Positions 30,754-40,208 are shown, counted from the whole stretch's first letter. The stretch is 63,818 bases of DNA, filler included, from Limisphaerales bacterium (GCA_044225505.1; 3 parts of 3 records of this genome joined end to end with filler, not necessarily neighbours in it); one strand, 5' to 3'. Notes: generated from the sequence alone by a model not told the origin. A program made the numbers and translations.

Positions 30754-32115
30754 ATGAGTGTCTGGCCATTGCTCCGCGGACTGATGATCCGTGCTGCCGC
30801 ATTCGCTTTGACCAGCGAACAAGGCTGGGCGCAACCCAAAGAGGCCGCTCTACCGACCCTGACGAATATTTTGCAGGTGCTGCAACTCCCGCGATCCGAA
30901 GCAGAACGCGGCTATCCGGTTCAACTTCAAGCCACCGTCACGTATAATGACACCGCCTGGAGCTTGCTGTTTCTCCAAGACCAGACCGCGGGTATTTATG
31001 TGCATCAACTCGGAGGATCCGCAGCAGCACAAGTCGGCGACCATTTCTTTGTTCGCGCATCGACTGGCGAAGGATTGTTCTCGCCGATCTTGCAGTCCGC
31101 TCGGTTAGAGCTGATTGCGAAAGGGAACCGACCGGTCGCGCGCGCGATCGGAATTGCCGAACTGAATGATGGGGGCGCGGATAGTCAACTCGTGGAGGTC
31201 GAAGGGATGGTGCAGGAAGAGGAAATGGCAGGAAATCACCCGCTCCCCCTCTAGCCGTCGGCGATCGTGTCGATGCCGTTGGTTTTCATCGGTTTGAACC
31301 GTTTGCAGTCTGCCTGCAATCGGCGGTCGTGCGCAATCTGGGCAAGGGAGACGTCCCAGCGGCGATGGCCGTCCCGAATGTCCGAACACTTCAGGAAATG
31401 CAGCTCACCGGCGAATTGGTGCAGATCGATGCCGAAGTGATCGGGACCCAGGTCTCAACCGGCGAATTCTCCGCCGTCCTGTGGGACAAAGAACGATCTT
31501 TTCGAGCCATCCTTAAGATCTCAAACCCGGCGGCAGTTCTCGCGCGCTGTTCCGCAGGCGCTCGTTTGAAAGTGACGGGCGCCGTCCAGATCCTATCGGG
31601 GGGTCATCACGCGGCACCGGAGGTCGTCGTGTGGCTGCGGAGTGCAGACGATTTGCAGGTTTTGGAAGAGCCCTGGTCGACGAACCCAAGGGCGGCCATG
31701 TATCTCGCGAGTAGCTTAGGTCTCGGCTTGGTATGCGCTGGCTTGCCTCTCCTTTGGGTAAGACGCCGAGCGCGCCTACGGGTCGAACGGACGTCGGAAG
31801 AAAACGAACGCCATGCATCACTTGACCCCGCATCAAGCGACGCACTTGCTCAATATTGCCAAGGAAGCGATGAGCAATAGTTTGCGGCATGCCCGAGCCC
31901 GTAAGACCCGCGTCAGCCTGGCTTTTGCGGGTGATCATGTTCGGTTAGAGATTGCTGACGACGGCGCGGGCTTTGACCGGTCAGCCCCGTCCGACGGCAA
32001 CGGCCTCCGTAATGTCGCTTTTCGAGCTCAGGAACTAGGCGCTCGGCTGGAGATTTTGACTGCTCCAGGTGAAGGAACTCGTTTACGTGTGGATCTACCT
32101 CCAGTTTCCCAATGA
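30754..32115 (+). pseudogene. Sensor histidine kinase (HisKA_3 type) with internal deletions and frameshifts
   Basis: Three collinear pieces in different frames: extracytoplasmic repeat, second repeat + TM, and HATPase (KEAMSNSLRH, DDGAG, GNGLRN); phosphoacceptor helix absent. Confidence 0.75.
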
Positions 32116-32798
32116 CGTCATCCTCTCTTTCTGACATTCCTCCTACCGTCGCCGACCGCAAACAGGTCCGCGTCCTGCTTGTCGATGACCATGTGGTCAC
32201 TCGCCTCGGCTTACGAACTTTGTTAAGCGGGTTTGCCCAACTGCAAATCGTAGGCGAGGCCGGGTCAGTTGCAACCGCTTTTACGGAAGCGCAACGCTGC
32301 ACGCCCGACGTCATCCTCCTTGACGTCCGTTTGCCCGACGGCAACGGCTTTGACGTCTGCCGATCTCTGGAATCCCATGGCATCCATTCTGGAGTGTTAA
32401 TCCTAACTTCCTACGCAGATGACGAAACGGTTTTCCAGTGCATTGCCGCTGGCGCCGATGGCTACTTGTTGAAGGAAATCGATCCCGAGGGCTTGGTGCG
32501 TGCCATCGAAACGGTCGCCGAAGGCAAATCTGTTCTGGATCCTTCCATCACGCGGCAGGTGCTGAGCCGGGTCCGCCTGGATGGCATTCCCAGCGAGCGA
32601 GGCAACTGTTTGGACATTCTCTCGGCCCAAGAACGCCGGGTGCTTGCGTTGGTCGCGCAGGGCAAGACAAACAAGGAGATCGCTGCTGAGATGAAGCTGA
32701 GCGATAAGACGGTGAAGAATTATCTCAGCAACACGTTGGACAAGCTCAAGGTGAGCCGTCGCTCGCAGGCGGCTGCACTCTTTGTGCAGCACACCTAG
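32112..32798 (+). CDS. DevR/NarL-family response regulator
   Basis: LVDDH, LLDVRLPD, GYLLK and LSAQERRVL..GKTNKEIA. Confidence 0.92.
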   Translation: MTSSSLSDIPPTVADRKQVRVLLVDDHVVTRLGLRTLLSGFAQLQIVGEAGSVATAFTEAQRCTPDVILLDVRLPDGNGFDVCRSLESHGIHSGVLILTSYADDETVFQCIAAGADGYLLKEIDPEGLVRAIETVAEGKSVLDPSITRQVLSRVRLDGIPSERGNCLDILSAQERRVLALVAQGKTNKEIAAEMKLSDKTVKNYLSNTLDKLKVSRRSQAAALFVQHT

Positions 32799-32861
32799 AA
32801 TCCCGCCGCTTGGCCGGCAAGAATAATCTGCGGAACTTGGGTGGGCGCCGCTTTCGTCCGC

Positions 32862-34598
32862 CTACTCTCCCGCCACCGCATTGAGCACATTCGTCTTGGC
32901 GACGTTCAGCAGGTAGCGCGAGTACTCTCCGTTATGCGCTCCGTAACTGCCGTCGTTTTCCACCAAATACAGGTTTAACCGAGCCTGTTTAATGCTATCG
33001 GGAACCTTGGCCTGCTCGGCCGTTGTCGGCCCACGCAAGCTGGCATCGTTGGTCGGATTCGAGAGTTGCCCAGGGACATTGTACTCCCAAGCCAGGCGAC
33101 CGTATTTCGTCTGGAGATCCGCTGGAGCATTATTCGTTGCCCAAGAGTCCAAGAGGGCACGCACGTCGGCGATTTGGGCTTTAGTGTTGGTCTGGGTGCG
33201 GGCCAGCACGCGCTGCGCCGTCGCGGTGCTCAGGTGGCATTCCGCGCAATTCTCGATGCGCACCTCAAAGGCGTGGCCTGTGTAATTCGGCGTCCCTTCG
33301 GACGGGGTCGTGGCAGTGTGGGGATGAGTGTGGCATTGCACACATTGATTCTCAATCTCGCCGTGCCCTGCCATGATCGGTTTGCCCAAATCGAACCCGC
33401 CCTGACCAATCAGCAGGTTGTACTGAGGCGAATGATGAGGCGGCCGCGACGTGTCTTGCCAGCGCGCGCCGCGCATGTTGTGACATTGTCCGCACAGCTG
33501 CACGTTGGGATTGTACTGAGCCGCGAACGAGGTGTTTGTCGACGTGCTATAGGAGAAATTAATCGTCGAGAACATTGGGTTCCGCAATTGAGGATCAGGC
33601 GACTTGGAAGGGTTGCTCATGTTCGAGTGCGGGTCGTGACACACTGCGCAGGTGATAGGGAAATAGGCAGCGTCTTGCCGGCTAGGCAAGGGAGTGCCTG
33701 GATGTTCCAACCCTTCCAGGAGCGATTCGCGAACCGCGCCGGAGTGACAAACACCACACGCCAACATCCGAGGTTCGCCTTGCTGCAGAATGGACGCACT
33801 GACATCCGCATTAGGCACAGCGTGCGCAGACGATTTCCATTCGTCAAAAGTCGGGTGATGAAAATCCGTATGGCAGCCCCCGCAGACTTCGGCGGCCATG
33901 GTAACCTTGGGTCGAGCTGAGACGTCGCGCACGTTGGCCACGTGACTTCCGCCTGGTCCGTGACAGTTCTCGCATTGAACGCCGGCCAGGTGGGGTGTGG
34001 AACTCTCGTCCTTGAAACCGAGCGGCGTGCCATAGCCGACGGTGTGGCAAACGAGGCAAGCGCTGTTCTTTTCCTGCTTGATCGCCTTCAACGTTTCCAG
34101 GGCGCGCGCGTGACCCGTTTGCGCCCAATTTTCATGGGCGTCGCCATGGCAATCCATGCACACGGTCGCTCCGACGTAGTTGAGCGTTCCGCCCGTCTCG
34201 GTGCTGGAGACGGGGCGCCCGCTCAAGACGCGAAAGAACCCAAGATCTCCTGGAATCGAGACGTCCAGGCGGGAGCCGAAGGTTGGCTGGCCCAGGTTAA
34301 CCCAAAGGTTGCTGTTGGCTTCGGTGCTATGAAGCACTTGAAACGGTCCTTGAATCCCGAACCACTGGACGGTGACAACGTCCTGGGTCTTCGTGACCGA
34401 CGTAATCACCGGGTGCAAGCTCAAGCCGCCAGGGATAGCCACGGGCGGCTTCACCATGAGATTGGTGTTCTCCGCCAGGGCCACGCTAACAGGCCACGTC
34501 ATCAGGATCGTCCAGACCGCGAGGGTCAACGGAACGACTTTCCGCGCGCGGCCGGCGCGATCCTCAATCCAGTGCGATGTCGACAGCTTCATAAGCAT
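32862..34598 (-). CDS. Nonaheme c-type cytochrome, exported
   Basis: Nine CxxCH motifs (CMDCH, CLVCH, CENCH, CGGCH, CGVCH, CAVCH, CGQCH, CVQCH, CAECH); signal peptide; C-terminal helical region with GAHN. Confidence 0.9.
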   Translation of the reverse strand: MLMKLSTSHWIEDRAGRARKVVPLTLAVWTILMTWPVSVALAENTNLMVKPPVAIPGGLSLHPVITSVTKTQDVVTVQWFGIQGPFQVLHSTEANSNLWVNLGQPTFGSRLDVSIPGDLGFFRVLSGRPVSSTETGGTLNYVGATVCMDCHGDAHENWAQTGHARALETLKAIKQEKNSACLVCHTVGYGTPLGFKDESSTPHLAGVQCENCHGPGGSHVANVRDVSARPKVTMAAEVCGGCHTDFHHPTFDEWKSSAHAVPNADVSASILQQGEPRMLACGVCHSGAVRESLLEGLEHPGTPLPSRQDAAYFPITCAVCHDPHSNMSNPSKSPDPQLRNPMFSTINFSYSTSTNTSFAAQYNPNVQLCGQCHNMRGARWQDTSRPPHHSPQYNLLIGQGGFDLGKPIMAGHGEIENQCVQCHTHPHTATTPSEGTPNYTGHAFEVRIENCAECHLSTATAQRVLARTQTNTKAQIADVRALLDSWATNNAPADLQTKYGRLAWEYNVPGQLSNPTNDASLRGPTTAEQAKVPDSIKQARLNLYLVENDGSYGAHNGEYSRYLLNVAKTNVLNAVAGE

Positions 34599-34653
34599 AT
34601 GGGTTCTCGGTCATCCCGAATTGGCAGGACACCAACTCAGGAAGCGCGACACA

Positions 34654-36813
34654 CTAAAATCGGTAATGCAAGGACGTATAGATCAGGTGCGCCTGATAAT
34701 CGTTTTGATTTCCCGCCGTGCGGTCTTCTCCATCAAAGAAGCCGTACTTCACGCTCACGCGCATGCGTTCGCTGATGCGCCGAGTCACCGTCGCGGTCAC
34801 GCCGTGTTCTTGGGCATCCGCTCCGTAGGGCAGCCCGGCCACAGAGTTATTCTCAAAATTATCCGCACGATAATACAAATACTGAAGTTGCAAGTCGGTC
34901 TTATCGTCCAAGGCATAGCCGATCAGTGAGTTCCCAGTCCAATAATTGTTCTTACCCTTCAGCACGGCGGCGGTCGCTTCGTCCGCGGGTGTGTCAGTCT
35001 GATCCCAAACATAGTTCAATCCGGCTTGCAGATAGAGCCTTTGCAATGGCGTCCAACTAATTGTGCCACTGACAATATGACTCGTCATCTCGGCCGCTTC
35101 CGTCTTGGACAATCCGGAGCTAGGGTCGGGCTTGCTATCGATCGTGGAGAGCTGGAAATCATAGCGACCGACCAAGGTCAGGTTGTTCAGAGGACGCCAG
35201 GTCACACGGAAGTTCGCATCGTCCGTGGAGAAATCTTGCGCTGTCAGGAACGCGGGGTAAGCGGAGACAGGCAAACTCGCGAGCACGTTCGGGTTCGAAT
35301 CCCGCGTGTGATCAAATTCGTTCCAACGTTCCTTGTGATAGTACTGCGCTCCGAAATTGAGGCGGCGCAACGGATACCAATTGGCTCCCACGGTATACGT
35401 TTGCCAAAAACGGTCCGAATCGGTCGATCGCTGCACAACGGGCGCTCCGGTACCCAGATTGTTCCAATCTTGCTTCAGATCCCCGGATCCTTGCAGCCAT
35501 TCACCGCGCGTATAAAACACCCAGTTCGTCACCCCGGTGTAACGCAAGTCAATCTTCTCCGTCACGTCGAGCAACCCGCGCTCGCTGTTCGCGCCGTAAG
35601 GGAATGAAGAGAGGGGCGCAGCGGGTGCATCGTAGGTGGATTGACTGTCCGTGTCTTCCCGTTCAATGCGCAACGACGGCACCAGCACGAGTGAATCCGT
35701 CAACTGCCACATGAGGTTCAAGTTCGCCACGTGCTGCTTCAGCTCAGATCCGCCATTCAGATTCTGGAAGGTGTCTGGAATAGGCAAGCGTTGGGCGAAA
35801 ACCGGGTCGTAAGTCGTCCCGTAGACTCGATAACCCGAAAGATCCGTCTCGAGCGTCGTGAACGAGTAACCACTCGTGAAGAGCACCTTGTCATTGAACC
35901 GCGTTTCGCTGAATGCGTGAACATTGAACAAGTCCGTCTCGACCTTGTCTCGCTGAGTGCCATAGCGCGACGTCAGACCGCCCGGATCCCTCAAGATATT
36001 GCGTCGATTGTCGTTCCCTGAAATCTCGTAGCGCAAGCCCAAGCCCAACGTGGTGTTGCCAAGCGTATGCTTCACGTCGCCCGCAAAAATGTCGCGGGTC
36101 TCATCGATATCCCAAAATCCGGGAACCACTTTGCGAATGCCGTAGCCCGGAATCGTCAAATCGCCCCACGCGGTCGAGTCTTTCTCTCCATCCCGAAACA
36201 TGTGGTCGAAACGGAAACTCACTTGCGGTTTGTTCGGCAAGGTCAATCCCGCTTCAAAAAATGCGTCGCCACGTTCGAGAATCAACCCGTCGTTGAACGG
36301 GGTGATCCAGGCTCCGGTCGGGTGAAAAAAGCCGCCGCTCCCATCAGAATAGGTTCGATACTCGCGATACCCACCGCGCACGTAACCAATATCTGGGTGC
36401 TCGACATCGAACTTCAGGGAGTAATCGTGGTTGTCGAAGAGACCGCGACCATCCACCTTGAAAATCCCCTTCTTGCCAATGTCCTGTTCGTAGTGAAAGT
36501 CCTCCACGCCGCCAAAGGCGGTGGTGGGCAATCCATAACGCCGCTGGTAAGCGGCTTTGTCGCCGTCCACCATCACCCCGCCGACTGAGACATCAAACCA
36601 GTTGCGGTACTCCGTCGCTTCTTCTTTCTTTTCCTCGCTCTTCGGCTTTTCAGCATCGGCTTTGGCATCCGCTTTCGCGTCCGCTTTAGCATCGTCTGCG
36701 GCCGGTTCCGCTGCCCAAGCGGTGCGTCCTAACGCCAGCATTGCCCCCATGGCCAGCGCCGAGGCGCGGGAGTATTTGCGAAGGTAACGGGCCAGTCTCT
36801 GGTGTCGTTTCAT
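34654..36813 (-). CDS. MtrB/PioB-like large outer-membrane beta-barrel
   Basis: Signal peptide, alternating amphipathic strands, C-terminal LHYRF BAM-type ending; located between two multiheme cytochrome genes. Confidence 0.8.
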   Translation of the reverse strand: MKRHQRLARYLRKYSRASALAMGAMLALGRTAWAAEPAADDAKADAKADAKADAEKPKSEEKKEEATEYRNWFDVSVGGVMVDGDKAAYQRRYGLPTTAFGGVEDFHYEQDIGKKGIFKVDGRGLFDNHDYSLKFDVEHPDIGYVRGGYREYRTYSDGSGGFFHPTGAWITPFNDGLILERGDAFFEAGLTLPNKPQVSFRFDHMFRDGEKDSTAWGDLTIPGYGIRKVVPGFWDIDETRDIFAGDVKHTLGNTTLGLGLRYEISGNDNRRNILRDPGGLTSRYGTQRDKVETDLFNVHAFSETRFNDKVLFTSGYSFTTLETDLSGYRVYGTTYDPVFAQRLPIPDTFQNLNGGSELKQHVANLNLMWQLTDSLVLVPSLRIEREDTDSQSTYDAPAAPLSSFPYGANSERGLLDVTEKIDLRYTGVTNWVFYTRGEWLQGSGDLKQDWNNLGTGAPVVQRSTDSDRFWQTYTVGANWYPLRRLNFGAQYYHKERWNEFDHTRDSNPNVLASLPVSAYPAFLTAQDFSTDDANFRVTWRPLNNLTLVGRYDFQLSTIDSKPDPSSGLSKTEAAEMTSHIVSGTISWTPLQRLYLQAGLNYVWDQTDTPADEATAAVLKGKNNYWTGNSLIGYALDDKTDLQLQYLYYRADNFENNSVAGLPYGADAQEHGVTATVTRRISERMRVSVKYGFFDGEDRTAGNQNDYQAHLIYTSLHYRF

Positions 36814-36832
36814 AGGCTATTGGTCCTGGCGG

Positions 36833-37651
36833 CTAGTAACGAAGAGAAGAACCGATCTGCGATCCGTGCACCGCTTCATGGCAACCTGCACTCCAGCACG
36901 TTCCGCGAGTGACAAGGCTCGAGTGGTCAATCCCGCCAATCTGAATGCGTCCTGGAGTCATTTGCTGCTGGAAATGACACTTTAAGCAAAGCGTTTGATT
37001 GCGCTCCGTGAGCAGCTTGGCATTCACCGAACCGTGCACTGCATGGCAACTGGTGCAACCTTCGCGCATCGCCTCATGCTCAAAGACGAACGGCCCGCGC
37101 TGGGCCGTGTGGCACTTCACGCAACTCTCGTCCGCTTTGGCAAACGTCGTCCCCATCCCGCGCACCCCAGACCCTTGATGCGGATTGTGACAATCACTGC
37201 AGCTTAGCTTGCCCTCGGGCACCGGATGGTGATTGGGCAAGCTAAACTCCCCACGCTTATCTAAATGGCAATCAAAGCAAACTTCCGGCGAACGATTGGG
37301 ATTGATAATGTTCCCGCGCCCGCCACCCGCGTCGACATGCACACTGCCGCCGCCGTGGCAAGATTCACATCCCATCTCCACCGCGTTCGGCCCTTTGGCG
37401 CGCAAATTGGCATGCGCCGCGTTCTTAAAGGGTTTGGTGATCGTCTCGTGGCAATCGGCACAACTTTCCGATCCGACGAATTTGGCGCCCTCGATCTGGG
37501 GCGGTGCGAGCAACACGCGGTTGGTGCTCATGCACGAAATCAACACCAGCGTGGCCAGGAGCCCCATGGCGCTCAGCCCTAGTTGAGTGGCATGTGACCT
37601 AACCCAGCGGCCACACTGTCGTAACTTCGGAAACTCGGGTGTCAGTTTCAT
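36833..37651 (-). CDS. MtrA/DmsE-like octaheme cytochrome c, probable lipoprotein
   Basis: Seven CxxCH plus a terminal CWSAGCH; DmsE-like GPFVFEH, CxxCHNPH and VHGS; candidate lipobox LISC. Confidence 0.88.
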   Translation of the reverse strand: MKLTPEFPKLRQCGRWVRSHATQLGLSAMGLLATLVLISCMSTNRVLLAPPQIEGAKFVGSESCADCHETITKPFKNAAHANLRAKGPNAVEMGCESCHGGGSVHVDAGGGRGNIINPNRSPEVCFDCHLDKRGEFSLPNHHPVPEGKLSCSDCHNPHQGSGVRGMGTTFAKADESCVKCHTAQRGPFVFEHEAMREGCTSCHAVHGSVNAKLLTERNQTLCLKCHFQQQMTPGRIQIGGIDHSSLVTRGTCWSAGCHEAVHGSQIGSSLRY

Positions 37652-38115
37652 AGGAATCGCATTCCGCCATTCAAAACGAGAGTCTTGCGCATCGGGATCG
37701 TGGCTGTTGAGCGGCTATAGTATCAGGGACCAATCTGGCAGACCAGACCGAAGGTGAAGGGAGGCGCCACCGGATGGAAACACAGCGCGCGCTACTCTGT
37801 TGAGGGGCCAGGCTCACAATATCGTGTGAGTGTGGCCTTCAGCCGCGCTTATCCTCTACGCGTCGATTGGCCAAACCTGAACATTTCTTGCGAGCCGTCC
37901 CCCGAAAACACTCCAACCCTATGGGTTAAACCTGGTTGAGAGAGGAAGAAGGGAAAGTCGCGGGACGACGAAGCGGCAACGGCCGAGCACGCTGCGGCGC
38001 GTTGTCGTGGTGTTTGTGCGCTCTAGGAAGCGCGACCGGGTTGAGCAGAGGACAGAGGCCTCCAGGTGTCGCTCGTTCGAGAACGCGAGCTCAACGCCCG
38101 CGTTCGGCGAGCAAC

Positions 38116-38310
38116 TTAGGCGTAGGTATCCAAACGACCCGTTTGCGGATTTGGTCCGCTTTGGTCGATCATCTGGATAAGCGCTTCACCTTGCTGCTTG
38201 GCAGCATCTTGGGCCTTCTTGAGCACGGTCACGTCGATTTCCTGCTGTGTCGTTTTCGAAGATAAAACACTGTCGAGCAGCGACGAGGTTGAAGAACCTG
38301 AAATGGTCAT
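38116..38310 (-). CDS. YjfB-like putative motility protein
   Basis: 64 aa; VTVLKKAQD...LIQMI...GRLDTYA pattern. Confidence 0.75.
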   Translation of the reverse strand: MTISGSSTSSLLDSVLSSKTTQQEIDVTVLKKAQDAAKQQGEALIQMIDQSGPNPQTGRLDTYA

Positions 38311-38318
38311 TTGATAGC

Positions 38319-38346
38319 CTATCGGCATTTTCGCGGCAGAACTTGA
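38319..38346 (-). promoter_or_regulatory. Sigma-28 (FliA)-type promoter
   Basis: Minus strand TCAAG-N15-GCCGATAG, 8 nt before the ATG of the YjfB-like gene. Confidence 0.75.
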
Positions 38347-38513
38347 GTTTTACCGTTTTCCTCCCCGCCAGCGCGCCAGCTCAAGACCAGCGTTTGTGAC
38401 CTAACGCGCCCGGGCGTCTGCCACACCCAAGATGCTGGCACGCAAACAATAGCGCCACGGATCTCCAGTGGGCTTGATCCCGATGAAAACGGCTTAGCTC
38501 TGCTTTTCAGAGC

Positions 38514-40208
38514 TTATGGATTGGCGACCCGGTAAAAGCGCTGGGAGGAACTCGCAACGGCTGGATCCGCGATTTCGACCGCGCCGCTGCGATTGGTGAT
38601 GGTGAGGCTGGCTAAAGCCGACCAATGAACGAGGTCGCTTGAGGATTGCAACTGACACTGGCCACGTGCGCCACGGAGCGAAAGCACGGTGGCACCCTGG
38701 CGAACGGCAGCCTGGAGGCGCGGGGGTTCGACATAGGTTCGGAGTTGCCGAACTGGCACGTCGTTAAATTCCTGCACGCTCCCGGATGGCCACTCGATGC
38801 GGACCCGATCGGCCTTGGCCGCATCGCCAAGTCCGAAATGGGCCGTCAAGGGCATGCCTCGACCGCCATCGTTAATCTCCCGCACCTGCACAACCGCCTT
38901 CCCTCCAATGGTCGCCGAGACACGAAGCTTCGCGCCAATCGCGGCGGCGTTGCCAGCTGTGCCCAGGAGGCTGACTTCCAGCCAGGAATTCGCATTGCCG
39001 GTATTGTGATAGAGTGCATTCGAGACATCCTCGCCGTTGCGAGTGACAAACAGGTCGAGCGCCCCGTCATTGTCATAGTCCACCCAATCCGCGACCCAGC
39101 AATCGACGCTGGTCTGATCATCGGTGACCGGAGTTCCCTCCATGATTTCGGTGAAGGTGCCATCGCCCTGGTTGTGAAAGAGCCGGTTGCCCCCATTCGA
39201 GGACGTGACGAACAAATCGAGGTGACCGTCATTATCATAATCGCCCCAGGTACCACCTAAGGTAGCGGAATCGAAGCGCCGTGCCGCCATGGGGGTATTG
39301 GCTACCGCCGTAAAGGTCCCATCCCGATTGTTTTTATAAAGGCGATCCTCGCTTCCATCGTAGCCGGCAACAAAGAGATCAAACCAGCCGTCGTTATCGA
39401 AATCGCCCCAAGCGGCGCCAACTGCTCCGTTCGACCACCGATCGGAGCTGACGGCGTTGGCCGCGCGAGAGAAAGTGCCATTGCCGTTGTTGTGATAGAG
39501 GAAGTTGGACGCGTTGGGCGAAGCGTTGATGACGAGCAGATCCGCGAAGCCGTCGTTGTCATAGTCAGCCCACAAACAGTCAAACCCCACGCTGACGTCG
39601 TTGACGATAGATCCAGCCGTGATGCGAGTAAAAGTGCCGTCGCCAGCATTATGGAACAAGCGGTTCCGGCCGCCTTCATTGTTGGAACTGCCGTGGTCTG
39701 TGACAAACAAGTCCACCCATCCATCGCGGTCGAAGTCTGCCCAGGTGCATGGACCAAAGAAGCCCGGCGATGTGGCGATTGAGCTACCGCTGACGCGGGT
39801 GAAGGTGCCGTTGCCCTCGTTGTGGTAAAGGCTTGTGGGCAGCGGTTGCGGCGCGCCGACACCTGAGGTGACGACGAGATCCAGAGAGCCGTCGTTATCA
39901 TAGTCCGCAGCGGCGGCGCCGATTTGATCATCGGAGGTATCCTGGGCGGGATACCCTTCGGCGATTTTGGTGAAAGTGCCATTGCCGTTATTGCGGTAGA
40001 ACCCGTTCTGGGTGCCGCCCCCATTGCAGACAAATAAGTCCAGGAAACCGTCGTTATTGAAGTCAGCCCAGACCGCGCCGATCCAGGAACCGAGGTCGAG
40101 GACGATATCGCCCGTTGTCACGGTGGCAAACGGGGCGACCTGCCCCGGGCTTGGGCCGGTGGTTAGTCCCAGAAGGATGGTAGCAAATAAGCTCGCTTTG
40201 GCTTTCAT
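38514..40208 (-). CDS. Exported FG-GAP/ASPIC-UnbV protein with C-terminal 'FYR' module
   Basis: Signal peptide; about seven WxDYDNDGxxDL repeats; AIGA..AHFGLG..EWPSG; ends in QRFYRVANP. Confidence 0.88.
   Translation of the reverse strand: MKAKASLFATILLGLTTGPSPGQVAPFATVTTGDIVLDLGSWIGAVWADFNNDGFLDLFVCNGGGTQNGFYRNNGNGTFTKIAEGYPAQDTSDDQIGAAAADYDNDGSLDLVVTSGVGAPQPLPTSLYHNEGNGTFTRVSGSSIATSPGFFGPCTWADFDRDGWVDLFVTDHGSSNNEGGRNRLFHNAGDGTFTRITAGSIVNDVSVGFDCLWADYDNDGFADLLVINASPNASNFLYHNNGNGTFSRAANAVSSDRWSNGAVGAAWGDFDNDGWFDLFVAGYDGSEDRLYKNNRDGTFTAVANTPMAARRFDSATLGGTWGDYDNDGHLDLFVTSSNGGNRLFHNQGDGTFTEIMEGTPVTDDQTSVDCWVADWVDYDNDGALDLFVTRNGEDVSNALYHNTGNANSWLEVSLLGTAGNAAAIGAKLRVSATIGGKAVVQVREINDGGRGMPLTAHFGLGDAAKADRVRIEWPSGSVQEFNDVPVRQLRTYVEPPRLQAAVRQGATVLSLRGARGQCQLQSSSDLVHWSALASLTITNRSGAVEIADPAVASSSQRFYRVANP

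Noticed and set aside
33066..33920. Long plus-strand ORFs opposite the cytochrome and porin genes, and similar shadow ORFs elsewhere (e.g. 23059-23940, 63431-63805)
   Set aside because: Antisense shadows of GC-rich genes with no recognisable motifs
32862..34598. Calling the nonaheme cytochrome NrfA or HAO
   Set aside because: No CxxCK active-site motif, nine hemes, and a porin context fit an electron conduit better
36655..36700. ADAK x3 repeat at the porin N-terminus
   Set aside because: A low-complexity linker after the signal peptide with diverged codons; no sign of a separate function
36833..37651. Assigning the symbols mtrA/mtrB/mtrC
   Set aside because: Heme counts (8 and 9) differ from the decaheme proteins, and orthology cannot be shown without a search
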